From contig QPGO01000023.1 in assembly GCA_008632985.1 (NCBI GenBank), positions 493,681 through 557,680 of the forward strand: a DNA stretch of 64,000 nucleotides. The letters run 5' to 3'. This stretch comes from Psammoneis japonica. Taxonomy: Eukaryota. The first letter of the stretch is position 1. Each line of letters begins with the position of its first letter. Below are positions 34,592-45,780 of the stretch, piece after piece. A model generated the notes under the pieces. That model was not told where the DNA came from. It saw nothing but the letters and a program-made list of their open reading frames with translations, and did no database searches. Both the position numbers and the translations under genes were made by a program.

Positions 34592-35218
34592 ATGGTTAAG
34601 AAGCGAAGTTTTGAGGGAGGAACTGCCGACGACGCAATAGTTGTAGACAGCGCAAGCGACGACGAAGGTGGAAAAGACTTTGAGAGTGTGGCTATTGCTC
34701 CAAACCTACCGGCATCATCAAGATTTGGCAGTGCTGGCAAAGGTGAACCATCAAGGAAGAAGAAACGAGGGCGTCCTCGAAAGATCCGATCGCCCAAATT
34801 CTCCATCTCGGACACGCCCATATTTTCATACACCGGATCTTCCATTGAATTTGACGTTGTCGGAAAGCCAATACCAAAGTCAAGACCAAAGCATGGGTGG
34901 AATGGAAATGTTTACAATCCAAACCAAGCTGATGAGAAAGAGTTTGCAAGTGTAGTATCAGATCTCTGCCGATCAAGACTAGATTCAGTACCAAAGTTCC
35001 GTGACGGTGTGTTGTTGAAGGCTCGGATTGAATTTACTTTTCCTGGGAAGAGTCTCAAGGATACAGGAGATATTGACAATCTCTGTAAGTTTGTTTTGGA
35101 CAGCTTAAACACAGTATTGTATCAAGATGATTGGCAAGTATCACACTTATCGGCGAAAAAGGTACTTGCTTCGTCCGAATCTGCCGGACGTACAGTAGTC
35201 GAATTGAAGCGAATTTGA
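34592..35218 (+). CDS. rusA: RusA-family Holliday junction resolvase with N-terminal AT-hook
   Basis: KKRGRPRK AT-hook; F.V.GKPIPKSRP...YNP; GDIDNLCKFVLDSLN..LYQDD.QV matches the RusA DxDN..K...D.L......DD.QV catalytic signature. Confidence 0.88.
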   Translation: MVKKRSFEGGTADDAIVVDSASDDEGGKDFESVAIAPNLPASSRFGSAGKGEPSRKKKRGRPRKIRSPKFSISDTPIFSYTGSSIEFDVVGKPIPKSRPKHGWNGNVYNPNQADEKEFASVVSDLCRSRLDSVPKFRDGVLLKARIEFTFPGKSLKDTGDIDNLCKFVLDSLNTVLYQDDWQVSHLSAKKVLASSESAGRTVVELKRI

Positions 35219-35575
35219 AACAAATAATTCTATACGATTATAACAAGCACTGTATCACCTACTCACTTGACGTGTGCCTAGAGTAGTCATGTTTTATTTT
35301 AGCCCACTTGTATCGTGAGACAAGCACTTGCTTCGTCTGAATCGGCTGGACGCACGGTCGTCTCTCTGAACCAAATTTGAAATAGATAGTATATTATTTC
35401 ACTTGGCATGTGCTATACCTTACTTTGGTGCACTTCTTTGACTGGCAAGTTGTGGAGCCGTCGGCATGAAAAGTATACATTTTTCGTCTGAATAGATCGG
35501 ACGCATGACAATCTGGCGGACGCAAAATCTGGAGTCGTTGCAACGCACCAAATTTGAAATAGACAGTTCTATAAG
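35160..35575 (+). repeat. Three degenerate tandem copies of the RusA 3' end and flank
   Basis: ttcgtc.gaat....ggacg.a...aatttgaaa recurs at about 35160-35235, 35322-35395 and 35441-35575. Confidence 0.75.
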
Positions 35576-35626
35576 CTTCTATTGGTACAGTAACACACAA
35601 TTACTTTACATACATTTTACTTTCAC

Positions 35627-38260
35627 CTAATTCTTTGCATATGGGTTCACGGGTTTTTTCGGACTAGTTCCAGAAGCTTTGGATACAACCTTTTTCACAA
35701 ACCCTACCAAGACGCTCGTTCGCTGCTCGCCGATGGTTGATATGTTCTGATTCTTCTTGTACGCTATAACTCGAGCACCTAGACCTATGAAGGTAGGCTG
35801 TGCTCTTCCCTTCTTCTTGTTATCCAGGGGGCTCTTCATGCCAGCGTCTTCTTCCATCTTTCTCATTTTTTGCAGGCAAGTGTTTTGCACGGCGTAACAA
35901 ACATTGTGGAATTCGACGGATGCATGGTCATGAATACGTATCGTATGCCACTGGTCTTCCGTCATGACGTGTTCTAGGAGCTCCATAGCTGCTTTAAACT
36001 TCTGTGGCTCTGCTTCACTGTTTGGAAACTTGAGGTGCAAAAGCCGCTCCTTGGATGACGAAGAAAGGTGTCCATGCTGCTTGAAGAAACTTAGGCATAC
36101 ATGCAGAGAGATTTTTGCGCCTGTACTGTTTACCAAGCCATCCACTTGCTCCTGCAATGTCAGTTTCTTTTTCTTTTTGTTTGAAAACTTCTTACTCACA
36201 ACTCCGGCCGAGAACAGTGTCGCGACAGCGGGAGGTCGTTGCTTTCGCGTGGAGGCCGTGACAGGCTGAGTCGCAGTGGCTGACTCGTCAGAATCCACAC
36301 GACGTCGAGAAGCAGCCGGCGCGTCACCATCATCAGTAGTAGTAGCATCAGCATCTGGTGGGCTTACAGCATAGGCAGCCACATTGTTGTTTTGAGTGGA
36401 GCCGGCGTTTTCATCAATAACGTTGCACTCGATGCCGCCGTCTCGATTGGATATTTTTTCGTCCGCAAAATCCGTCGTGCTATCTTCCTCCTCCGATGAT
36501 AGGAGTTCAATATTCCTTTTCTTACTGGACTGATTGGCCTCAAGCTGAGCCATCTCCAAGTTGCGAATCGCGTGGGCTTGCTCGGAAAGCTCGGTACGTT
36601 GTGCATCACACACTGATAATACACGAGACAGTAGCTCATTCTGCTGCTTTATCTGTAAAGCAAGGTTGATGTCACTTGAAAGATCCGGGTTGCGGTCTTG
36701 AAAGCTAGCGTCTATTTTCTTTCCCCAGATCCGAAGCACTTGTGAGGTGTCAGCCGTGTCACCATCACGAATCTTCGCTTCTGCTGCAGCACGCTCCAAC
36801 GTGTACACGATTTGATGGTTTTGACGAAGCTCCTTCGAAACTTCAGCGTGATGCCGAATCATACTAGCCGTGCAAGAACGCAAGAAGGGACGCAGCTCCC
36901 CTCCTTTCAGAAATTGAGCAAGAGAGTCAGAGATCATATACAATTTTTCAATGAGACGTTCAACATCATCTTGTACATGGCTCCCAAGGCATTCCAAGTT
37001 TGGAGCAAATTTCTTGCCGGCAGTATCATCCCAGCCCATCATCGCGTTTGCCGCTGGAAGAGTGAGCTGCGGTGTAATTCGTTTGTAAGTCTTGCCATTG
37101 GCAGCTCCGGGCGCCCATCCAACTCGAGCGTCCGCTTCTTCAACTGACACTCCTCGATGCGAATTCAAGAATGTAGCCATACCAACTCGAATAGACTTAG
37201 AAGAATAATCGTTCTGTAGAACCGGGTTGACCTTGCTTCGAATAATAGACGTCAACTTAGCGGCAACATACTTGTCGCTCACGCTCCACAAGTCTGGAAA
37301 AGTGTACTTGTGGAGCTCCTTCTCCATGCTGTCTGGACGATAGAGACCTTTCTCACAAGAATAGAAACACGCGAAAGCATGGTAGAGATCAAAGAGATAA
37401 GACTTTTTGTTTGGTGGGAAGAGGAGTCCATACAAATCCACAGTCTTCGGCTCACACCACGTTGCTTCCAAATTCTCATAAAATAAATCCCAGAACCATT
37501 CATCATGCCGTTGATGCCTCACTTCCCCTCCACGTCCAGCAGCCATAGCACCCATCAAAATCCAGCAACGCTGCTGAAGAGGGCCATTGTTCATCATTGG
37601 ACAATTGCATTGCAGAACAAGAGCAAGAAGCAACGTCTCGATGTCGTTTGCGAATGCACCGTTCTCGCGTCTCAACATTGAATTTCTGTCAGACGTAAGA
37701 ATGGCATTTCGCTGCTTGGCTCGAACATATTCTGAAGACACGTTTGGAACCAGGGGCAAAGTCCTTTTGTCAGAATACTCCATGCTAAGGAGGTTGGCTT
37801 TATCAGTGGCCTTTGCCACATCTTTGAACAGAGGCTTGTGCCACTTGTCCTCGTCTTCCCAGTCAGGGTGCTTGGGGAACTTCATTTTTAGCGCTTCTTT
37901 GACCTTTCCAAAAATTCGCTGCTTTCCGTCAATTCCTGCTAGCCCGTTGGAGGGATTGTCATGCCGATGGATGGGCTCATCCGACAAGAACTTGCTGAAG
38001 CGCATCATAAGTGTCCTGAGGTGGCATCCATCCACATGACGTTCCTCCAATCCGTGAAACGGCTTGTCTTGTTTTTTGTCTTGAAACGCGTCAAACGTTT
38101 TGATTGCAGACTTGTCGCCACTTATGGCAGAAGGGGCCCTAGACGCCTTCATGATTGGCGCCTCAAGGGTCGAAGTGGGCATGCTGCACGGCTGCTCTGT
38201 TGTTGCGGGTGGCTTCTGTGACAGCTGTGTGGCTGCGTCTGCTTTTTTGTGAGACGACAT
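35627..38260 (-). CDS. Tyrosine recombinase (Crypton-like), 877 aa, uninterrupted ORF
   Basis: Catalytic order R (AAGRGGEV) ... K (EPKT) ... SKSIR.G (HxxR position) ... RVGW ... Y (GKTYKR); long C-terminal extension with a coiled coil. Confidence 0.85.
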   Translation of the reverse strand: MSSHKKADAATQLSQKPPATTEQPCSMPTSTLEAPIMKASRAPSAISGDKSAIKTFDAFQDKKQDKPFHGLEERHVDGCHLRTLMMRFSKFLSDEPIHRHDNPSNGLAGIDGKQRIFGKVKEALKMKFPKHPDWEDEDKWHKPLFKDVAKATDKANLLSMEYSDKRTLPLVPNVSSEYVRAKQRNAILTSDRNSMLRRENGAFANDIETLLLALVLQCNCPMMNNGPLQQRCWILMGAMAAGRGGEVRHQRHDEWFWDLFYENLEATWCEPKTVDLYGLLFPPNKKSYLFDLYHAFACFYSCEKGLYRPDSMEKELHKYTFPDLWSVSDKYVAAKLTSIIRSKVNPVLQNDYSSKSIRVGMATFLNSHRGVSVEEADARVGWAPGAANGKTYKRITPQLTLPAANAMMGWDDTAGKKFAPNLECLGSHVQDDVERLIEKLYMISDSLAQFLKGGELRPFLRSCTASMIRHHAEVSKELRQNHQIVYTLERAAAEAKIRDGDTADTSQVLRIWGKKIDASFQDRNPDLSSDINLALQIKQQNELLSRVLSVCDAQRTELSEQAHAIRNLEMAQLEANQSSKKRNIELLSSEEEDSTTDFADEKISNRDGGIECNVIDENAGSTQNNNVAAYAVSPPDADATTTDDGDAPAASRRRVDSDESATATQPVTASTRKQRPPAVATLFSAGVVSKKFSNKKKKKLTLQEQVDGLVNSTGAKISLHVCLSFFKQHGHLSSSSKERLLHLKFPNSEAEPQKFKAAMELLEHVMTEDQWHTIRIHDHASVEFHNVCYAVQNTCLQKMRKMEEDAGMKSPLDNKKKGRAQPTFIGLGARVIAYKKNQNISTIGEQRTSVLVGFVKKVVSKASGTSPKKPVNPYAKN

Positions 38261-38507
38261 CTCCTCCGTGCCGTGTCTCTAGTCTCAAACTTTAGCACGG
38301 CATCGCAGAAGTCTTGCGGGTGGTGGTGAATCTGATGATGTAAAAATTCTGGCGCGTTTCAAGGTCATGTGTGCACACAGACATGTGATGTTATGTTTAC
38401 ATCAACTTTCAGAGAACTTTCGGGTTACTTCTTCTGAAAGTTGCCAAATCTATTCCGGAAAAATTCAAGTCAGAAGTGTAAAAAACACACCAGAGCCTGC
38501 GCCACCA

Positions 38508-38665
38508 GTGGCGTAGAATGGTTCAGGGTGTACACAAATTTTGTACCACAGTGGCGTACGTGATTTTTATGTGAGTTTCTACATGCGCCTGGTGGCGTAG
38601 ACCCAGCACAAAAGCAATAAATTTTTGAAGTTTTGTGGCGTACAAAGTCAGCATGTTGTGGCGTA
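38508..38665 (+). repeat. Array of five GTGGCGTA motifs, probably subterminal binding sites of an element at ~38480-40210
   Basis: Copies at 38508, 38551, 38592, 38635 and 38658, followed by about 1.2 kb of TA-depleted unidentified sequence. Confidence 0.8.
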
Positions 38666-40206
38666 GATTCGACATCAACAAGGCTTCGCGCAACACTCGC
38701 AACAACCAAGACTCGCTCGCAAAATCTCGCTCCCACTTTTTCACACGTTGCAGCTGATGTGGTGTTGTTCATTCGTCTCACTCGTTTTCTCATCGTGGAA
38801 CCTTCTGATGACACAGGGTGTCTTTCAGGCATGTGCATCGGTCTGATTGCCCCCCCTCTTTGGGCAAGAATGGGGTGTGTGGTTTGCTTCTTGAAGACAC
38901 CAGACCAGCCACAAGGAGCTTGCAGTGGAGAGCTGGCAAGCAAAGCACTGGGCTGCGCCACAAGGCACTGGCTGATGGGACAGCATTGGGCAAGCACAAC
39001 CACAAGCATTTTCCTGAGGGCACTTTGCACCACATGTGACAAAGCCAGAAACATGGACTGAAAAACACAGACAGAGCCAGGTTTTGCTCAACTGGCCACC
39101 CAGAATTCAAGCAGGGAGGGTGCAGCCGGAATGAAGAAGGCTGCAGGTCAATTTGAGGTCCCTCATTCTTCCCACATGCCGAAATCTTGGTCCCAGTGGG
39201 AACTTGCTTTGCATGTTTGTCAACAGCCTGCTGCAGAAGCCACGGCTGCACTGGAAATCCACAAAGGTGGCGGTGCGTGATGGGGTGGATCTCGCAAATT
39301 CTCTCAAGATTTTGTGATGCATGAGGCCAAAATTTGGGCGCAGCATCCACAGATGCTTTGGGAGAGATGCTGTGAATTTGTCAAGGCAGGCACTTCTGAA
39401 AGCATGGGTGGGGAAGGCCAGTGCTTGCTGCCAGCGATCTTTGTGAAAATCTTTTGAAGAGGATGACACTGCGTCTTCTCGATTGGAAACTTCAGAGAAT
39501 TGTTTGAACACAGTGGGGCCAAACCCGCCAAAGTGTGCATTGAATTTTGGAGAACAAAGAAGGTGCAGATCCGCAGCAGTGGCCACAAAGCTGGCAGGGC
39601 AAGGCTTGGAAAACAGGCTGCCCAAAATGATGGGCTGGCAGCAAAACACTCCTCACAAAAGATGCCACACAACTCCACAGTTCTCCAGCGTGCTGTGGGA
39701 GCTTTGCTGTCAAGCATGTAAAACCACAGCACCTCAAGTCACAGACAAGCTGCTTTGCAGGCAGAAGCCCAGCCAAGGGCCACAAGTTGACAGCCCTGCA
39801 ACATCTTCCCTTTTTCTCCTTTTTCCTTCTTTTCCTCTCTCTCTTCTCCTTTTTCTCCTTTTCAGTTTATTCTTCTGGGCCGCCTCCGGCGGCCACCTCT
39901 TTCATTCTTCCCACATGCCGAAATCTCCATGCAAAGGCAAATTTTTTGGGCTAGTTTGGGGGACGTCTTCGGAAGCGAGACTGTCGAAGAAAGTTACGTA
40001 GAATTTGTACTAAAACAGTCTGTCAATCAGTGCGATTGGGGTATTTGGGATCGCTGGACAGATCCTACGTGTTTTTTTGTGCGTACAAATTGTACTGGGA
40101 AAACCCCCAAACGCACTGGCGATCAGACCGCCTTCGTCGATCTCACTTCCAAAGACGCCCCCAAGTTGGTGACCGTTTGAATTTAACGGCGAGCGAAGCG
40201 AGCCTC

Positions 40207-43200
40207 AACGCCCAAAAGTAACCCGGATGTTAAATCTTTGGTTTGTTGAACGCACCGCGACATCATTGCTGCGGCACAGCAGTTGGCTACAATGGCAGCT
40301 TGGGTGCAAGTTACATTACAAAAACATTACAAACTGAACAATAAAAAATGTGATATGGGCATGATCAGCAAGTTTTGTTGCGAGCAACAGCGAGCCACAA
40401 TGGAGTTGTTGCAGTGCGCGCAAAATCTCTCTGGCTAGAGAGAGGAGTCGTGCGCTCGGCGAGTTGCACTAAAGCTCGTTGGAAGTTGTTGCAAACATTG
40501 CTTCTTTGGGAATGCAATCAACTGCCTGTCCTGGCCATTCAATTTTGTCACACACTTTGCCCTGTTGTATCCTCCTGGACACTGACTTGGTGCTGGGCAC
40601 CCCAGAACCTTGCAGGATTTGCGTCGCCGCTTGCTTTGATGATTCACTCGATTCACTGACATCCTCGGCACCTCTGGATGAGGCACATGTGGTTGGTACA
40701 TTGGGGGATGACAACACTGTTGTGGAAGTGCAGGTGGCACTTGTGGCAGAAAGGCAACCGGCTGTGGGAGGATGTGACCTGCGGGAGGAGGGGGTGGAAT
40801 CATTGCAAGCGGAGGACATCCTGCTGGCTGCAACAGTGGCATGGTGTTGACTGATTCCTCGGCAGCATGTGCAGGCAAGCTTTCTTCAGTCATGCTGTCT
40901 TCTTGTCTTGTGCCACTCACTGGCTTTGGAGTTGTCACTGAGCCGTCGGCCATCTCTTCTGGAACATGCTCCAAAGCATCATCAACTGCCACCTTGGTGT
41001 TGGCTTCTTGCAGTGCTTCCTGCTGCACTTGATTCTTCTGCCATTTCTTGCAGTGCTTGGAAATGTGCTCTGGGTGCTTTTTGCAAATGTTGTTCTCACC
41101 AAGAGCAAATTTGTTCCATTTCTCAGCGATGCACTCGAATGTGGAGGCGGAGGACATCGATCGATTGTTTCGAAGCACCTCTTGAATTAAGCGACAAAAC
41201 AATTTCTTTTCCTCTCTAGTGCGGATCGGTGTGTGTGGAACTTTGGATCCCTGGCAAAGGGCAAGGCATCGCAATGAAGCTGTCAGATTGCTCACGGGTT
41301 CCAACCCAGTTGCACCTTGGTTCTCGTGTGCCTCAGAGAGCGGAACGACTCCGTGTGGTGATTTGGAAACAATGTGGTCCGAGGCACGACCCCAGTGTTT
41401 CCATTTCACTTCTCCAAACAAATCCTCGTGTGTTTCATTTATGATGTCAAGTGCCAAACTGTCACAGTGTCCAACTTGCGGAAAGTCTGGTCGATTTCGT
41501 TCGCTAGCCCGCCAGTTGCAGTGATGACGGAGCACGGCAAGGAGGTTGTCACTGTGTCGTGGACCCGCGTGTGTGTGACCGAAGGACTTGGTTAGCTTTT
41601 GGTGCAATGATTCAACAATGCTTGTACCCCTGAAGCAACAATGCAATGGCAAGCCATCCTTGTCAGTCGTGTGTTGTCCTTTTGCGTCGGTCATCCTTGC
41701 GTGGAAACCAACTGCTGGCGGATCCGAGAATTCACCACGCTTGATCGCTTCTAAGACGAGATCTGCCCTTTTTCGTGCTGTTTCATTGAAGAGCAACTTT
41801 CCCGTTTTTGTGTCAACTTTGTCCCCAAAGAAATCAAAAACGGCTTTCACTCGCTCGTGCAACACATGGGGGGACGGAATGTGTCGCTTGACTCTTTTGG
41901 CGACATGTCCAAATCGACATCGCAAGCAGCTCTCCCAGTCACCTCCCTTTTGAGCTAGAACACGTTTCACTCTTGCGACATCAATGGCATCCATTGTGAA
42001 GAATGCACCACGTAGTGCTCAAAAATGTGCCGCTTTAAAGTCATGGTCCATGGGAACCTTGACCCGGTCCATCCCGTGAAATGCGTCCCCAAGAACCCGG
42101 GTGATCAATTGATGAAGTGCCCAGTCTTCACCCAACTCATGAAGGCTGTCATCACCAAGCACATGATTCTCGTCCCTCATCTTTGTTGATCTCTCTTTAG
42201 CATGTCTGTCGGCATTGTTGACAAGCTTGGCAATTGCAACAGACAGTTCATCTACAATGTCGCTCTGCCTTTGTGTGCAGGGCTCGTTTTCCTCCTCGTC
42301 CCCGTCCAAATCCTCGTCACCCAATGCAAGTGGCATTGGTGCCATGTTTTCTGCACACTCATCTTTGCTGTCATGTGTTTCAAGATTTTTCAGCTCCTCG
42401 TCAAGTCTCTCTGTTTCATTCGGTTGCAGTGTCAAATCTTTGCTCTCATCGGTTTCATCATTGTCGCGGTTCAACTCATCAGTGTCGTCACGTTGCATCG
42501 CTTCCTCTTTTTCTTCGTCCTGAACAGAGTTGCCGATGTCATCGTCCGCCCCCTCTCCCACTTCAACAGCTGGCGAATGGTCACTCTCCTCTTCCACACC
42601 CGCGGCTGGCATGCCACAGTTTGCATCACCCATTTCTTGTTCTTCGCCATTCCAATTCACTGCTGTGGGCTCGGATGACTGTCTCAATCGGCAATTTGCT
42701 TCCACAACTTCAAGTGGACCGCTGGCCAACAAAGCAAGGTCGCCAAACGATCACATGTCACACATGTCTCGAAGCTCTCCATGCTCCATTCTCCCGCATT
42801 TGCAACGTTGCCCTTTGTTTGTCATGGGAAAGTGGACTGGAGCTTGAGCTCTGTGTGTCTTCAGAACTCGGACAAGAAATCTTTTTGGAGCAAGTCTCAC
42901 ACCATGTGGTGCATCCCCGTCTTGTTGCACCACCACACCTGATGCAATTGCATTTGTGTCCTTTCTTCCAGAGGGCATTGTGTCAACCACCATCCCTGCC
43001 TCGATTTCGTGTTGTTTGAGTCTCAAAGCAAGGTTTGGGAATTGACGGCAGTGGTGATAAAGTCGCAAGCCGGCTTCCCCGTCATTGGCGCAGCACTTCA
43101 GGGCCTTTTCGGTCAGCTCATTACGCCCATCAAACACATGCCCAACTTGGATCTCCTTTTCTTTTGGCATGTGGCAGTTCAACGCCTTCTTCGCAAGCTC

Positions 43201-45380
43201 TGACAATTTGGTTTCCCCACGTCTTCTTGCAGCAAGGCCACGGTCAACCACCATCGTGCCAACATCAATGACATTTTTAGGTCAGACGAGACTTGGGGTA
43301 GGATGCTCGTCAATGAGTTTTGTGAAATCTCCATTCACCCAGCGTCCCGTAAATGCAACATCATCGCGCTTGAAGAGCATGTTCAGCTTCGTGAGAAAAA
43401 GTCAGTTGCTTTGCATCCGCCCAATGTGAACAACTAAAATGTCATTCATCACATCTGATGCAAGGATGACAACACTAGTTTTCCCGTGGAGCCGGCCTCC
43501 GTCATGTGCTGGATTCTCGAGATCGAATGAAATAACCTTGTTTTCATCATCACTCTCGTTGTCAAGTGCCTCTGAGAGAACAGTGAGTGCCGCTGTGGCT
43601 TCCTCCTGTGTTTCCAAGCATGTGATGCCCCCACGAAGCGGCAAGGGAGTCAGTCCTTCCGGGACATCTTCAGTGTCGTTAACTCCAATCTTCAACCCAT
43701 TGAAACAGTCCTCCAAAAACACTTTGTCTCTGGGAGGGTTGTCGGAGAAAGCAAACGACGGATCTAGACCATGTGAATGCAGGAGCACTAAAATTGGCTG
43801 AAGCTGTCGATGGTTGTCGCTCAGCTCAAAATGCTGCATCACTGTTTTGCCGCATTCGTTTGCACCAGATTCCAGCACCTCGAACATCTTCTCGCCGCCC
43901 CAACGCATCATCCATTTTGGGAGCTTGAACGATGCATCTAAACTTAAGACAAAAGATGTTGCAAGCCTCTTGATGCACTCTGCATCAAGCATCCGTCTGG
44001 ACTGCTCCACAACCACACAGAACATGTGCACGAGCCACGCTGAACAAGGGACTGCTCCACCCAGTTCCTCTGAGAAGTGCTCGGGACAACGTTGTATTTC
44101 GGATGGGTCTTGGCAAAAGCTGGTGCACCCAAGAGCCATCTGTTTGTCTCCCTGCCGTTGTCGAGCAAAGGAGCCCCACTGCATTTCCTTGCTCTGCCAA
44201 GCCTCGCAGTGATTCCGCTTTATTGTTTCGGCTTTAGCTGCAGGACCAATGCCCTTGACGGCGTCTTTAATGATTGTTTTCATCAGGTTCTTATCAATTC
44301 CAGAGGTGTGAGACAGATGACAAGGAAAGCATTCAAACACATGGGGGTGTTCAAGACGAAGCTGCTCCAACACAGCGTCATTGGTCAACTGCCACGTGAA
44401 TTGTTTTCGATCCTTTTTCGCGACACCCATTTCCGCCTGAAGACCATTTTCTCGTTGGCACGGCTTGCACAAAAATTTCTCCGGTGCTTCAAGAACATAA
44501 TTTTCATGCTCACCACAGACAAGGCGACTTGGGTTGCTTTTGCCACAGGCCATCATTCCTTTGTCGCATCCGCAGCCACCGCATTTTGGAGTGAAGTCCT
44601 CCCCTGGCATTCCACGGAGCATCCATCTAAACTTTTTGAGGCGATGGAATTTCTTCCAGCTGTCTCGAATGTCAATTGGATGATGAACAAGGGGGAACTT
44701 TGGAATGTCCCAGAAATCACCTTCTTTCACTGCAGCCAAGCTTTTCTTTGATTCGATGTTCAACAAGCATTCTTTCACCAGACCCGACCGTCTTTTCATG
44801 CTTTGCTTGGCGTTCACCTGATTGTCGAAAATGTCTCTCTGGTTTGAAGCCTCAGACATCCATGTTGCTTCGACAAGATTCATTTGTTGCTGCTCTTCTG
44901 GTGGCTCATGCTGAGGTGGTTGTGCGGCAACAGGTGCCGGTGGTCGGTGGTTCTGCTGCTGCTGGTGGTGCTGGAGGCACTGGTGGCGTGTCTTGATGAT
45001 TCGTTGCTGACTCACGTCCAAAGTGAGAAAGGATGGCTCCTCTTTGGGATGGACGACCATGAGTCATGGCGGTGCGAGGCCGTCCAGCACCTTGCCTGGC
45101 GCCACCGCTGCTGCCACGTTTGCCGGCCATGGTGGAGAGTGCGGCCGCAATCGGCACATTGTCTCAGTGCGTGTTTCATTGGCCTTTTCTCTTCTGCAGT
45201 TGGATGCAACAGACACACAAAGCATGGATGCAATGATGCCACTTTTCTAGAGATTGGCCATCGACAAAAGAGAAGAAATTTGTCATTGCGATTTTTCTAG
45301 AGCTCTAGAAAAATAGCAGCATCGCATTATGGTACAGGTCATCCCGAGGTTACCCTAAGTAACATCCGTTTGGGAGGGTT
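40207..45380 (-). mobile_element. ~5.2-kb DDE DNA transposon with imperfect terminal inverted motifs
   Basis: Left cccaaaagtaacccggatgtta versus the reverse complement of the right end cccaaacggatgttacttagggtaacc; encloses one large minus-strand transposase relic. No clean TSD found. Confidence 0.65.
40435..45130 (-). pseudogene. Large DDE transposase relic (DUF6729-like Cys N-terminus, DxxH motif) with an inserted DEDDy 3'-5' exonuclease domain
   Basis: GGARQGAGRPR N-terminus; CGGCG...C..C...FPCHLSH.SGIDK; LSLDASFK, FSDNP, VLGDAFHGMDR, RGTSIVESLH; exonuclease VISFDLE...VNGD...LKCCAND. Broken by TGA stops and frameshifts. Confidence 0.75.
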
Positions 45381-45780
45381 GTGCGAACACGAACCACCAA
45401 CTAGCACGAAAAGCTTGCCCATGCAAACATTGACAACACCGCGCGAAGCCGCGAAGGCGAAAGCTCGCAACAAAAAAGATCGCGCATGACGTACGATGCA
45501 AGGCGGAGACCGTTGAGAAAGTTTATGCACGTATACAAATTTAAATATTATATCTTCACTTTCATCCATGCTTGAGGATCTTTTTCCTGTTTATACAGCT
45601 ACAGGTATGTAGGAAAATCATTATGAATATTTGTATGTGCAATTTTTCACACCGGCTGGCGGCTTCAACGACAACCAACACCATGCCGACGTGCGGCCGA
45701 CAATACAAAGCGAGAGGAAGATCATTGAGCATTGTATTGGGTATTGGGTTCGCTGCTGCTATTGTAGACTATTAGTGACC

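Larger units (their letters stand above)
34219..38465. mobile_element. Putative tyrosine-recombinase DNA element (Crypton-like) carrying a RusA gene
   Basis: 10-bp direct repeat CGGAAAAATT at 34219-34228 and 38456-38465; clusters of AACTTTC/GAAAGTT motifs at both ends; two convergent intronless ORFs inside. Confidence 0.7.

Noticed and set aside
38508..38665. Regularly spaced GTGGCGTA motifs as a CRISPR-like array
   Set aside because: The repeat is only 8 bp and the last interval is irregular; better explained as binding sites.
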